Assembly: GCA_054600435.1 (NCBI GenBank)
Contig: BAAIJX010000035.1
Coordinates: 186,001 to 246,992 of the forward strand
DNA from: Neophaeotheca triangularis
Taxonomy: Eukaryota
Reading direction: 5' to 3'
DNA length: 60,992 nucleotides
In this document: one piece after another, positions 47,801-59,761 of the stretch
Layout of the letters: the number at the start of each line of letters is the position of its first letter
How positions within the stretch are numbered: the stretch's first letter is position 1
Made by a program: the position numbers and the translations under genes
Notes under the pieces: generated by a model
What the model saw: only the letters and a program-made list of their open reading frames with translations
Databases searched by the model: none
What the model was told of the DNA's origin: nothing

Positions 47801-48668
47801 GAAAATTGAGGATCCGGAACGCAGGCGTCGCGTGCTGCACCTGACGTGCTGCTTGCTGCCCAAGGCGCACAGGGATACCATGGAGGTGCTCTTCACTTTT
47901 ATGAATTGGGTTTCCTCTTTCAGCCACGTCGACGAGGAGAGCGGGAGCAAAATGGATACGCACAACTTGGCCACCGTCATCTGTCCCAATGTGCTGCATA
48001 GAGGTAAAGAGTCGACGCCGGTGGACGACAACTTCCTGGCCATTGAGGCAATACATTCGCTCATCGAGTGCAACGAGAGCATGTGCGAGGTAAGTCTTAC
48101 CAAACTCCAACCCCTCTTCCACCCTCCTCTACACCGCTTCCCACCCACCTACTCTCAAAAGAACCACCCACTAACCCTCTCCCTCCTTACCACCCCATAG
48201 GTCCCAGAAGACCTCCAACTGATCCTCAACGATTCGCACCTCTTCAGCAGCAGCGCGGACATCACGACAAAGGAAATCCTCAAACGCTACGGCGACCGCG
48301 CCAAAGCTCCCGTCGTCAACTCGCCGCCGCCAGCTCTCCAATCCCCGCCCACCACTACTACGAATCAAACCCCAACAACAACCGCTTCCCCGGGCCCCAG
48401 CGGCAACGGCATTGGCGTTGATGCCACGCCCCCCAAAAGTCGCGAGGGCGCTCACGCCACCCGTGTCGATCGTGACCCCAGCCAAGCGAGCGCTTGGCGG
48501 AATGAGAGCAGTGTTAGGCATGTTGCTGGCGGTGGGGGAAATTTGGGGGATGGTAGTAGAGGAGGAGATGGTGGTGGTACGGGGAGCGGGGTCGAGAGTG
48601 GTGGCGAGGGTGGCGCGTCCGGCGGTTTGGAGAGGAATCGGGGCGTTAGGGCTGTGGGCGTCGTTTGA
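44819..48668 (+). CDS. LRG1: LIM-domain Rho GTPase-activating protein (Lrg1-like); exons 44819-45166, 45228-48089, 48201-48668 (~1225 aa; start codon uncertain)
   Basis: LIM domains CGKC...GQFVRALGDTYHLECFTC|DC, CFACGGALRGSYITALDRKYHVEHFTC and CNGC...HWHPEC. RhoGAP domain MSVEGVFRKNGNIKRL...LLKKFLRELPDPLLT...KMDTHNLATVI. Two canonical introns keep the frame. Confidence 0.92.
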
Positions 48669-49205
48669 GACTTTTGAGTGCTGTTGTGTGTTGGGGTTTT
48701 GCACACCTCGAGGTTTTTCATCTTGTTCTATTCTGGGTGTTGGGGCAGGATGGGAGGGTTTGGGAAGGGTTAGGTTAGGTTAGCGCTTGAATGCGAGGTC
48801 CTCGGTTGGTCGGCGGGTTGTCCGAGTCGGAAGTGGAAGTCGGGCGATTGAGAATCTTTCAAACCCACTCGATGGCTGCTCCTTTTTCCCTTTTAACCTT
48901 CCGTCCTCTTGCCTCACTACTCATTCCAATCGTGCTGACCCTACACTGGCTCCAAGAATCACGCTGCGGCTACATGCCATCCCGCCATCTGCCTCAGACG
49001 CGCACGTGGACGCTGTCTCGTGCTTGTAGGGTGCGTGTGGATGGGCGTCTGGAGTGGTCGGGGTACTGTACCGTCCCGGCTACCTAGCTAGCTAAAGTAC
49101 ATCGTCACCTCATCGTCACCACATTGCCCAGGGTCGTGAAAAAAGAAAAGAAAGATTCACAGACCCACGGCGCCTGATACCACCGTACAAATCACCCTAC
49201 CACCC

Positions 49206-51464
49206 TCAACTCTCCCCCATCTGAAACCAAAACCCCTGCCCAACAACCCCATCCTCCCACAACCCATCCCTCGCGGGAACCTCCCTGCCCAGAACCCTCG
49301 AGTCCAAACCCTCAAACCCCTTTCCAACCTCGTCCTCACCCTCACCCTCACCTTTGCCCCTCGCCCTCATCCCGGCCTCCAAAACAGCCCAATCCACGTC
49401 CTCCCACCTCAGATTCAGCATCCGTAACCGCACGCCCCAGTCCACCATCATGCTCACCAGCCTATTGGTATCGGCAGTAATGGGTTGTTGGTGCAGCAGC
49501 ATGAGGAGGCCATCGAGCCATTCGGACGCCAGAGCTGGGGTTGCGGGGTGGAGGGTTAAAAGGGGGAATTCTTCGGGTTCGGAGAGGGGGTCGGCGCATG
49601 GGGTGGGGGAGGTTGCTATGGGCTTGGAAGCGCCGAGGATGGTGATTTTGGTCTGCGGTTGAGGGAGGCGGAGGGTTTCGGTGCTTGCGTTGGGAGGGAG
49701 GTTGTGGCCGTGGCCGTTGGAGAGGGTGTCGGGGTTGAGGGTTGAGACGTTGCTGTCGACTGAGGTGACGGTGGAGAGGTCGAGTTTTTCGGTGAGTTCG
49801 GTAAGTGGGGGGTCGATGCTGCCTTTACTTTGGTAATTTTGGTATTCGAGGTGTCGCCGGTTGGGGCTAAGGCGAACGAAGCGCCAGCTCGCTACCGCGC
49901 CTCGAAAGGGATTGCTGCCTTCGAGACCTGCGGCCGTGGGGAACCAGCACCCTTGAAGCATGCAGCGGATGCGTTGCTCGCGCATGAATTGCAGGCTTTC
50001 GTATTGGAGTTGCTCGCGGACTTGTACTAGGTGCGGGCCCCAAGCGTCCTCGTACACTTCTTCCAAACCTTCCATCTGCCACTCTCGCGCCTTTTCGAGT
50101 GGGACATTTCGAAGTTCTTCTTCGACTTTGGCGATTTCTGTTTTGCGGGATGCGGCGCCGACGATGCGTTCGACTGTGACTCGTATTACGTCTTCAACTT
50201 TGTAGAAGTCGCTCTGCTGCGCACCGCTGGCTTTCCAGAGACGAAAGAATGCATGCAAGGCGGCGGTGTGGAGGCGTCCCCACTGCAGTAGTAGAGGACG
50301 GTAAAGTTGGTCGACTGTAGCATTGGGCGGGAAGGGGCGTTGCTCCCGGTCGTTTCGGCTCGACATGTCAAAGTCGGCCGACTCATCAATTTCAAAATGC
50401 TCGTACAGTATTAGAGTGACGCTGAGAGAGGCTCTGGCGATTGGACATCGTTGTTCAGGTGGCTGTACGGCTTGCTCCATGATGCTCTTCTGATACGTGT
50501 CTTCGTTGCGTCGCGCATAGTCGACAAGGTCCATCATACCCAGGTAACCAGTCTCGTCAAACTCCCAGGCTGGACTCTCCGTCTCGAACCCTAATCGACG
50601 CCACTTCTGAGGATGGTGCCTGCGACTTCGAGACTTGCCTTCGACGGTCGTGCTCGCATTGGTGTCCGCACTGATCCCATGCGGTTCGGGTTTGCTGAGT
50701 AGATTGATCGTCTTCAGAGCCCTCTTATGCTCTGGCAACTCGACATTAACGGCAACTTCCTTCCACTTCCTCAACAGCACTTTTGTCAACCCCTGAAACT
50801 CCATTATTGCAGCAGCAAGCTTGCTCGCTGGATCCGTAGCAGCGTCCCCTCGCATAAGCATCCCTACACCCCCAATAACACCCAAATCCTGCAGCCTCTT
50901 GATGAAGCGTGGCCACTCGTTTTCTCCCCCATTGGCAACCGCATCCCGCATCAAAGCATTCACCAGCAGCAGCGCATTCGCGCACAGAGTATGGTCCGAA
51001 GCGCTAAGCCTTTGCACCAAACTTTCCAAGAATGAAGGGTAATTGTCCAGTGCAGGCTTAAGTGCTCTGAACCCGAAGTCGTTGCCCATCTCTTCCTCTT
51101 TCCGTGTCGGCGGCCGACTAACCACCAGAGCGAGAAAGCTAAGCGCATTCCTCACTATGTTAACAAGGGGATGCGCCACAGCCAGCCCTACGGCCTTTTC
51201 GAAAATGGGACCATCAACAACATCCCAGCCTAAGCCCCCCTCTAGCAGTGTCCCTAGGCTGCCGAGAGCGTACGCTTGAGTGTTTCCCGTGCTGTCTAGA
51301 ACAACCCCCGCGAGAGCGTTGAGGCCCGTGGTTTCTACAAAGGTTGCGGCAAAGTCGGGGTCGGATAGGAGGTTTTGGAGGCGAAACACGGCGTACTTGC
51401 GGGCGCTCTCATGTTCGCTGTGGAGACCTTCGATGAGCGACGAGATGTCCGATGAGGGATCCAT
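49206..51464 (-). CDS. ELMO/CED-12 family protein with armadillo-like N-terminus, ELMO domain and PH domain
   Basis: KWRRLGFETESP..EF...GYLGMMDL...CPIARAS (ELMO domain), then EQRIRCMLQGCWF...WRFVRLSPNRRHLEY...EWLDGLLML (ELMO-type PH domain). Confidence 0.88.
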   Translation of the reverse strand: MDPSSDISSLIEGLHSEHESARKYAVFRLQNLLSDPDFAATFVETTGLNALAGVVLDSTGNTQAYALGSLGTLLEGGLGWDVVDGPIFEKAVGLAVAHPLVNIVRNALSFLALVVSRPPTRKEEEMGNDFGFRALKPALDNYPSFLESLVQRLSASDHTLCANALLLVNALMRDAVANGGENEWPRFIKRLQDLGVIGGVGMLMRGDAATDPASKLAAAIMEFQGLTKVLLRKWKEVAVNVELPEHKRALKTINLLSKPEPHGISADTNASTTVEGKSRSRRHHPQKWRRLGFETESPAWEFDETGYLGMMDLVDYARRNEDTYQKSIMEQAVQPPEQRCPIARASLSVTLILYEHFEIDESADFDMSSRNDREQRPFPPNATVDQLYRPLLLQWGRLHTAALHAFFRLWKASGAQQSDFYKVEDVIRVTVERIVGAASRKTEIAKVEEELRNVPLEKAREWQMEGLEEVYEDAWGPHLVQVREQLQYESLQFMREQRIRCMLQGCWFPTAAGLEGSNPFRGAVASWRFVRLSPNRRHLEYQNYQSKGSIDPPLTELTEKLDLSTVTSVDSNVSTLNPDTLSNGHGHNLPPNASTETLRLPQPQTKITILGASKPIATSPTPCADPLSEPEEFPLLTLHPATPALASEWLDGLLMLLHQQPITADTNRLVSMMVDWGVRLRMLNLRWEDVDWAVLEAGMRARGKGEGEGEDEVGKGFEGLDSRVLGREVPARDGLWEDGVVGQGFWFQMGES

Positions 51465-51840
51465 GGTCAGTCTAGCGTCACATAGGACATGCGCGTTGCG
51501 GGAAGGGAAGCTGTTGGGAGCTCGATTGCGAGGTGTTGTAGATGATGGGAGTGTCGATATTATGTATTACAACAGTATTCAATTAGGCGTAGCGAATTAG
51601 AACATTTGACCCTTCCCGAATTTAGCAGTATGTTACAAGTCGTGGTGGTGGTGAAGTGAGTTGAATGTACAGTTGACATCTTGGCCCAAGCTCGAGCTTG
51701 ATGTCTCGCGACATGCCTTCTAAAGACGGCTCCGTGATGATATAGCAACAACAACCTCACTGCCCGCCTCACTCGACAGTGCAATGATCTCGACCATTCC
51801 CTAACACATCCAACTACTTTCCGGGCCCGGATCTCTCACC

Positions 51841-54492
51841 ATGCCCGGCCCCAACCCGGAAACGGCCTCGATCCTCTCCCATCAGTCTTCCGCCTTCTCA
51901 CGCGCCAGCACCCTCAACAACATGCGCAATGCCCCCACCTTCAACCTCGAGACTTTCAGCAGCAAAGACTTCATCGTCAAGGACTTGATCGAATCACTCT
52001 CCGACAGCGCCGGCGCGACGCGTAGATCTGGACCCCAGACCAACCTCAACGCAAATGCCCCGGGCCAGCCCTTTGATCCGAAACCCTTGATTCGGACCTT
52101 TGAGCATGCTCTGGGTCGATTGAAGACACTCAGCGAGGACCTGGAGGAGAGGGAAAATGAGCTTAGCGGGAGTGTTAGACGGGCTGAGGGGCAGCACAAT
52201 GCCAATATCAAGTCGAGGGAGCAGGAACTCGAGCGGGCTATGAGTAATTTCCAGCAGCTGGAGAGGACGTTGGACGGTGATGGCGATGTTGGTGGCAATG
52301 CTGCTGTAAGGATTGGCGAGGCGTTGGAGGATCTTGACCGGCAGCGGCAGAGGGCGCAGGATGCGAAGTTCATCTTGCAATGCTGGTCGGAGGTCTGTGA
52401 GAAGGGGGATTTGAGCAGCCTTGAAGAGGTGAGGAGACGGGGTGGAAATGAGGGCAAAGTCAGGTGTGCTCATATTGCGAGGCAATTGTTGAAGATTGCA
52501 CAGAGACTTGAGGGTGGTGGAGAGAGCAAAGGGCATACGACCGGCGTACATGTCGCCAATGGCATCAACGGCGACGACAATGGACATTCCCCCAATGGGA
52601 GCTTCAGGGGAAAGAAGCAAGCTGGCCAAGAGCCGAGGGAGATAATAGAGAAGTTTCTTGAGATGCTGGAGAAGGACTTGCTAAAGTCATTCGACGACTT
52701 CTACCGACGACAAAACTTCGATGGCATGAGAGAGTGCGCGACGGTACTGCGCGACTTCTCGGATGGCAACTCGGTCATCTCGCTCTTCGTCAACCAACAT
52801 CAACTTTTCATTGATCGTTCTCAACTCGTCACCGAGGAATTGACTACTGACACTGAAACTTGGGATCGACTCGCGGATCCCGACACCGAGCCTCCCGGGG
52901 TGGAACCCAGTCTGCAGAATCTGCTAGATGAGGTGAAAGTGGTTGTTCAAGAGGAGAGCTTCATCATCAAGCGAGCATTTCCCTACTACGAGGAAGTGCT
53001 ATCTCGCTTCCTGCAAAGAGTGTTCCAACAGTCTGTGCAGCAGCGCCTGGAAATGGTGCTGGACAAGGCCGACACCATTTCATCGCTCGCATTCCTCCGA
53101 TCACTCCAAGCATCGCGCTCATACGTCAACACCTTGATTGAAGACTTGAAATCTCATGGCTTGACAGAGCACCCCGAGCCTGCTTCGCCTGTCATTTCGT
53201 CGCAGCTGGATCAACAACTCGACGTGCTTTTTGTACCATACTTTACGGGATCCTCCTACATTGAACGTGAGAAACGTAACCTCGGCGAGCTTTTCGAAGG
53301 TTTGTTGTTCAAGTTTACCATCTATCACGCCAACCGCCGAAAACTCTCGCAGCAATCGTCTACATACCTCGGGTCCCTTTCCGCCAGATCCAAGGAGTGG
53401 GTATCCAACGCCAGAGAAACATACATAGACCGCCTCGACCGCGCCGATTTGCCTGCAAGCCAACGTAAGATGCTCCTACGTATTGCTGGCTTGAACAGTG
53501 ACAAAGACCATGCCGGAAACAACAGCGCTGGCGTTGAAGTGACCGACGAAGACGGCCAGCTGAGTCTTGCCTACACGAAGCGGATGCTAAAATGGCTTGC
53601 CGAGGGAGTTGGTCGAGGACTGGAACTCGCCAGCGGGAATGAGACGCCGAAAGAAGTACGAGAACTCTTACAACTCCTGCTCGCAAACATGGGAGAAGCC
53701 TACCTCGAGCCTGCCTTGGACGCCGCCAGCGACCTCGCCGCAGCAGCAGAAAACCACGCGCGCACCGAGCCAGATCTCTCCTACGTCACGGACCTGCGCT
53801 CTGCAATCAGCGTCCTGCACCTCATGCTCACAACCATCGAGCTCCTCCTCCTTCCCCTCGCGGCGCCCAACGTAACCGTGAAACGCGACCTAGACAAACA
53901 AACTGCCGCCTTCGTCGACCGCGCCGAAGGCAAAATCGACACGATCCTCCAACGCACCCTCGACACCTCCCTATCATGGACAGCGCGCCTACTAAGCGGC
54001 CAGAAAAAGACCGACTTCAAACCCCGCGACGACACCAACCTCCAGCTCGACCAGCTCCAAACCCCCACCTGCCAAGCCGTCTTCGCCTTCCTTTCACGCC
54101 TGCACAGCCGCGCTTCCACCGCCCTCTCCGGCCGCGTGCTCGCCTCCTTCAGCCTGGAACTCGCCATCGGGCTGCGCGGCCTCCTCCTCTCGCACTTCAA
54201 AAGCTACCAGGTCTCCCTCACCGGCGCCCTCGTCGTTAGCAAAGACATTACAAAGTACATCGAACTGTTGCGGTCGTGGGGGCTACCCCAGAGTTTCGAC
54301 CCGAGCTTGGAAGTGTTGACGGAGATTGCGAATTTGTTTGTTATTGGGCCCGAGGCGCTGAGGGATCGTTTGAGGAATTTTGGTGGTGCTGGGGGGCTGG
54401 TGGGCGTCGAGAAGAGTGATCTTAGGCCTTTTGTGCTCAGAAGGGAGGATAGTGGGAGTGTTGCTGTTGCCGCTGTTTTAAATAGTTTGTAG
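51841..54492 (+). CDS. SEC10: Exocyst complex component Sec10
   Basis: FSSKDFIVKDLIESL, FDPKPLIRTFE, AVRIGEALEDLDRQRQRA, FLQRVFQQSVQQRLE, QKKTDFKPRDD, GALVVSKDITKY, LFVIGPEAL; single 883-aa ORF. Confidence 0.93.
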   Translation: MPGPNPETASILSHQSSAFSRASTLNNMRNAPTFNLETFSSKDFIVKDLIESLSDSAGATRRSGPQTNLNANAPGQPFDPKPLIRTFEHALGRLKTLSEDLEERENELSGSVRRAEGQHNANIKSREQELERAMSNFQQLERTLDGDGDVGGNAAVRIGEALEDLDRQRQRAQDAKFILQCWSEVCEKGDLSSLEEVRRRGGNEGKVRCAHIARQLLKIAQRLEGGGESKGHTTGVHVANGINGDDNGHSPNGSFRGKKQAGQEPREIIEKFLEMLEKDLLKSFDDFYRRQNFDGMRECATVLRDFSDGNSVISLFVNQHQLFIDRSQLVTEELTTDTETWDRLADPDTEPPGVEPSLQNLLDEVKVVVQEESFIIKRAFPYYEEVLSRFLQRVFQQSVQQRLEMVLDKADTISSLAFLRSLQASRSYVNTLIEDLKSHGLTEHPEPASPVISSQLDQQLDVLFVPYFTGSSYIEREKRNLGELFEGLLFKFTIYHANRRKLSQQSSTYLGSLSARSKEWVSNARETYIDRLDRADLPASQRKMLLRIAGLNSDKDHAGNNSAGVEVTDEDGQLSLAYTKRMLKWLAEGVGRGLELASGNETPKEVRELLQLLLANMGEAYLEPALDAASDLAAAAENHARTEPDLSYVTDLRSAISVLHLMLTTIELLLLPLAAPNVTVKRDLDKQTAAFVDRAEGKIDTILQRTLDTSLSWTARLLSGQKKTDFKPRDDTNLQLDQLQTPTCQAVFAFLSRLHSRASTALSGRVLASFSLELAIGLRGLLLSHFKSYQVSLTGALVVSKDITKYIELLRSWGLPQSFDPSLEVLTEIANLFVIGPEALRDRLRNFGGAGGLVGVEKSDLRPFVLRREDSGSVAVAAVLNSL

Positions 54493-54901
54493 GTGGGCGG
54501 GGATAGGAGAGGGGTTGAGGGCGGTGGACGCACGGGTGTTTCAAGTCCATAAACCCCGAGTCTCAGCTGGAGAAGCGAGGTTGGGTTTTGGCACAAGGAC
54601 CTGGACGAAACTCGTTCCCGTGCTGGAAGCGATAGTTGAATGTCGATGGACAAGTACGATTCGCCTTGAGAGCCACTCCCGGTATGTATGACGGTTTTAA
54701 TACTCTAGAATGTTCCCAGCGCGTTTTGCTGATTCTCTACTAAAGCAGTTGCGGACGTCCAGCAGCAGCGCGGGGTGTCTGCCTGCTTCGCCAAGAGCTT
54801 GAAGCTGCCCTATACTTCCACGCGCTGCGATACAGTAACGCAACCTCAGCTTCCATCGATCGCAACGACGAACACCAAAACCATCGACTCGAAACGTGGC
54901 C

Positions 54902-55798
54902 ATGACCAACGATCAACTTACTGTACGGGTGCAGCAACTAGAAACCAAGGTTGGTCGCATCCCCGACACGAACGCAGATGGCGGCGAGAACAGCATTGGC
55001 GCTCTTATGTCCACATGGGGAAGCGAGTTCAATTCCCTCGAAGACCGTATTCATGAACTTGAATCGACCATGGAACGGCAGCAACAAGTTCTGCGAGAGG
55101 TACAGCTCAAGACGACTAATGAACGCTTCCAAAATGTTTGGGAAGCTATCGCCTAAATGCAAGAGCAACTAAAGACGAGCACCGCCACTCTAGTGAAGGA
55201 AAACTCTCCTGGACAGGCGTCAGCTAGGAGTGCGCATCCGCGGCCCTCGACTTCTGTCGCGAGCTCTTTCCCAGAGAGCGACGCAGGCCCTTAGACACAA
55301 ATTACTGTGGCAACGGCAACGAACGGTGGCAGCATGTCAACCGAGCATTACGCACAGCAGCTGCTACTGAGATTGGAGCTAGGAGACGAGATCAACCCAT
55401 ACCTAGTCCGCTAGTTACAAAACCGGCTTGCCTAACTCGAAAGCAAATCAGACACACTGCAAGGAACAGATCTCTCACACCGCTCACTTAAAGCAGGAAG
55501 AATCAATTCGCAAGCCATGCTTTTAGAGGGAACATTACTTAAGACAGCGGAACACACACAGCCCCTAATCAGAGGCGACGACCAAAATTCCTCTACGCTA
55601 GAAGAACGCTCTTCAGCTAAGAAACGTCGACTTGCTGATGCTAGCTTGCTCCCGATAGAATCGCCCCGCCGCACGGGTCGCGAACACAAACAGCCTGCAC
55701 GTCGTGAGGGCATGCTCAGTTGGCGGGAGGCGAAGAATCAAGGGTATCGAACAGGACGAGGTACGGCCCTATGGACGCCGCCCAAGGGTAAACAGTGA
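54902..55798 (+). pseudogene. Disrupted gene for a ~298-aa coiled-coil protein of unknown function
   Basis: One frame from ATG 54902 to TGA 55798 is interrupted only by TAA 55154, TAG 55292, TAG 55412 and TAA 55433, with no frameshift. Heptad-like segments LEDRIHELESTMERQ and L*NRLA*LES-like (VR*LQNRLA*LESK). Confidence 0.6.
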
Positions 55799-56738
55799 AG
55801 GGAATCTACAGTCGCATCGTGATGTTGCAAGCTCTGAGCTGAGTAGTAGGCTTCTACTGTGATTCTAAGTGAGAATCTTTGAACTCCTGGTAGGCGACTC
55901 TGCGATTCGATGATATGAAGCTCCGTCACAATGAGCGCAGTTATGTCGGTGAGATTAGCACCGGAAATGCTCGCAGCGGCCACGGTACACAAAGGAAAGC
56001 AACCGTTTGCCTTTTTCAACTCTGGAACGACTAGTACTTTAGATAGAGACAAACACGCTTCGCGGGATGCGAACGGGAGCCCGTCACGCCACCCGTTGGA
56101 CGGACCGGTGCACCTAAGAGCTTCTCGGCAGGGCAGGCTTCTCGGTCGTTCAGCCGGTTCGAAAGTTGGGAGTTTGGTAACAAGTGCGCACTCATAGCGG
56201 TTGACATGTTGTTGGTAGATGATTGTTGCCAGTGTAGGTAGTTAAGTTAATACAAGTCATGCTCAAGATAGCAACCTCGGAACGCTTCTAGAACGGATGG
56301 AGGATTCGTGAAGGATGGATGGATGACAGGGTCTTGTCGAGGCTTGGCCGTGTGTCTCTAACGATTGGTTGGATGGATCGGCTCACACACTACTTGCATC
56401 GAGCTAGTACCCGCGTAGATAGGCTGTGCGCCTATGGCCTTTAGGGGTAACGATTGGCACCACCCGCACTTTTCGCTTGTGGAGGGTGGAGGCCAAATGC
56501 GGGCTAGGCCAAGGTGCTTGAAATGAAAAGGGCTGCGCATTCCACATCATCTCAATCCTACTCTTTTGCAAACACACCTCGTTAATCAGTACAGTACCGT
56601 CTCTTCCTGCAGCTCTTCCTTTTGACCGTCGTCGCTACCCAACGTTTTCACACTCGCTTCTCGCCCTCAAAAGCCTCACAATCACCGCGACGTTAACACC
56701 TCCTACCTTCATCGACCCACTTTCCGTGTTAGGCAACC

Positions 56739-57606
56739 ATGTTTTTCTCCAAAGCTCTCCTCGCTGGTGCTTTCGCGGCCGTCGCGTACGCTCAGTCAGA
56801 CATCCTCACCTTCACCAGCGCCCCCGACTCTGTCACTGCTGGCGAGCCTCGTGAGTATCCCTCGCTACACGTGCATACAGAGAGAGCATCGAAACTGACC
56901 TACCCGCAGAAACCCTCGAATACACCACCGACAACCTTGACGCGCCCGTGACCATCACCCTGAGGCAAGGAGAGGCGGACAACCTCCAGGATGTCACCAC
57001 TCTTACTGGTATGTGGCACAACAGAATTGGCGCTCAATAGCATGGCGCTCTAACACCACCACCACAGACAGCGCAACCGGCGGCTCCTTCACCTGGACCC
57101 CTTCCAACGACCTGACTGACGGTAGCAACTACGCTCTCCAAATCACCCAGGGTAGCGAGGTCAACTACTTCGGTCCCTTCAGCGTGTCGGGCGGCAGCGA
57201 AGTCGTGACCTCGATCCCGGCCTCCCTCTCCACCGTCACCGGCTCCATGAGCATCATGCCCGTGCCCTACCCGATCCCCACGACCGACGCCGCCGGCTCG
57301 GTCAGCTTGGACGTGTCCACCACCGCCGTCGCCATCTCGTCCGCCAACAGCACCACCTACGTCTCTCCCATCGGCCTCGGCACCGTCGGCACCGTCAGCT
57401 CATATATGCCCCGCAACACCACCATGAGCAGGGCGACTCTGACTCCCGCGACCACCACTCAGACGACTGCCGTCGCCACCGAGACTGACCTTCAGGCCAC
57501 CGCCCCTCCCACCGACGAGCCAGAGGCATCTGAGGGCGGTGCTGCTGCTCTCTCCGCCAAGGGTGCTTTGGCTCTCCTGATCGGCGCCGCTGCTTTCTTC
57601 CTGTAA
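56739..57606 (+). CDS. Secreted Ser/Thr-rich GPI-anchored cell-wall protein with Kre9/Knh1 N-terminal-like Ig domain; exons 56739-56850, 56910-57008, 57068-57606 (249 aa)
   Basis: Signal peptide; VTITLRQG..DNL...GGSFTWTPSNDLTDGSNYALQITQGSEVNYFGPF; Ser/Thr stalk; C-terminal hydrophobic GPI signal; two canonical introns. Confidence 0.88.
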
Positions 57607-57716
57607 AACTCTCACTCTCATTGACCAACTAAGCTGATGGAGTGTTTTGAGTGGCTGTATGCGCTCGACGACGGCGTTGGTATGGACCGGGCATTTGCAC
57701 TTGGGTTTTTAATGGG

Positions 57717-57761
57717 TAGTAGTAGTAGTAGTAGTAGTAGTGATAGTAGTAGTAGTAGTAG
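57717..57761. repeat. Imperfect (TAG)n microsatellite downstream of the first GPI gene
   Basis: TAG/AGT run with one internal interruption (tgatag), read directly. Confidence 0.85.
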
Positions 57762-59761
57762 TTGCTAGTGTTTAACGCTTGCTTTTGCTTGGATTGGATC
57801 CAACGCCAGCCGCCTAATAGCTCGTGTACAAAAGTGCTTGTCTTTCAAGCTGACGCTGCGCTCGCTCGCTTGTTTTCGGCTCCCCTCTCCTGATGTGGAG
57901 TCTACCTAGTACGAAGAAAGGTGGAAGGTGAATTGACATAGTGGCTTCAGTAGCAGCTCGTGTCAGCACTCTAATAAAGCGTCTTTAATAGACGAGGGTT
58001 CGTTCGATTGTGAAGGAATAATCATCTAGGTACAAAGCGCTTCATCAATCATCAGCTGCAGGTGGCCTCGACGGCGTCGCGCGACCTAGCCACTGAGGTG
58101 TAGCTATGTACCTTGTCCCCACGCAGATGTCCCGTCACTTATTATCAACAGTCTCAGTTGACGACGACTTGAAGGTACCAAGTAATACCAAGCTCGCAAT
58201 TCCAGCACAGCTCCATCAACCCATCCTAGTAGTACCTACTCTCAAAAGATCCCCCATCAGCCAACTCAGCGCAACGAATCCCAATCGACTTTGATCCTGG
58301 AAAGCGGGGGACGTTGCGAAATTGCGCGCGGCAAGCAACGGGATTCTCAAGAACTCAAAAAACGTCAAGGGGGTTGATAAACCTCAAGGTTCCCCCCTTT
58401 GTTCCTTCCTTTTCAGCCAGCCAGCCACAAGCGCAAGCCCGTCTCTGTGCTGGGCTGGGCTGGGCTGGGCTCGGCTCACGGCTTGCGCGAAATGCTGAGT
58501 TCCAACGGGTTCCTGCATCTTCACCCCGCATGCGCGCGACCTTTGACGAAACCTACCTTTTCATTATTGTTGTGCACAGCTGTCAGCAGGCAGTAGGTAC
58601 TAGTAGTAAAAGTAAGGCTACCTTGTATGCAGTAGGTACATACATACATTACCTAGGCACGGCACGGTTGCATTGTTTGGACGATGCAGGAGATTGTTTT
58701 CCGGCTTCGTCCACGTGACACTGCGCTTGCGCATTCTTGGACTTGTCATCGTCGTCTTCATTCCCCCCGAGCCCGGCCGTCCGATCTGCATTCCTCGAGT
58801 TTTCTCGTCGCGCGCGCGCTCAGTGGGTGGAAGCCTAGTTCTTGGAAGGGTTCGAGACGGGGGGTCTGAAGCGAGGCGCAGCGGCTTTGTTTAATCATAG
58901 GTAAAAGGCATTATTAGATTATTATCATCTCCATCGGCGTCTAGGCCCGGGCAGGCCGTTGTCGGGAAGGTCGGCGAATGAAAGGCCGAGATTTACAGCA
59001 CTAGGTACTGGCCTAGCTAGGTACTACTAGTACTGTACTGTACTAGGTGCCCTCACGTCAGGCTACGAGCAATTCCGCTTGCCATCTACCTACCTATTGC
59101 CTACTTGCCTACCTATACCCAGGTAGTAGGTACTTCCTACTAGTCGCAATCTCTCTACATCTCTAGCTATACCTAGCTAAGGTGCTCTGGAGTCTACAGC
59201 CCTCGATAGACAACACACGCACTGTATTTGTTATGACAATAATAATTGCAGATTACCTAGCGCAAATCATCCGACGACAAGGGAATCTTATTATTATTAT
59301 TATTAATGGGGAGTGAGACATGTCCTTTACCCCTTTTGGAGAGCGGACAGAGCGGCGACGGGCGTTGGTCGGTTGTCATTGGAAGCTAAGCTAAGCCAGA
59401 CCCTTAACTTATTCTCTTACCCTCTTATTAGACTCTTCACCTCTTTCTCCTAGTGCCCTCGCGTGGTTGGGAGGCGGGAGGCGTCTGTCATAGGGGTAAA
59501 ACCGTAAAAGTATATGGGGGAGAGGTTGGTGGAGAGTTACCCCTTCTACCTGCTATAACTGTTTTCATTGTTCTACCTCCTATTGTTATTCGCCTTCGCC
59601 GACCCTTTCCATCTCGAACCCGCTCTTCCGTTTTCGTTGCAACATTCCTTTGCGACAACTTACAAAACCCAACCTACGTCCTTTGCGCGACAATCGCATT
59701 CGCTACCACACGACACCTCTAATACATTACCACACTGCCTTTCCAAGTAAACTTCCCAAAC

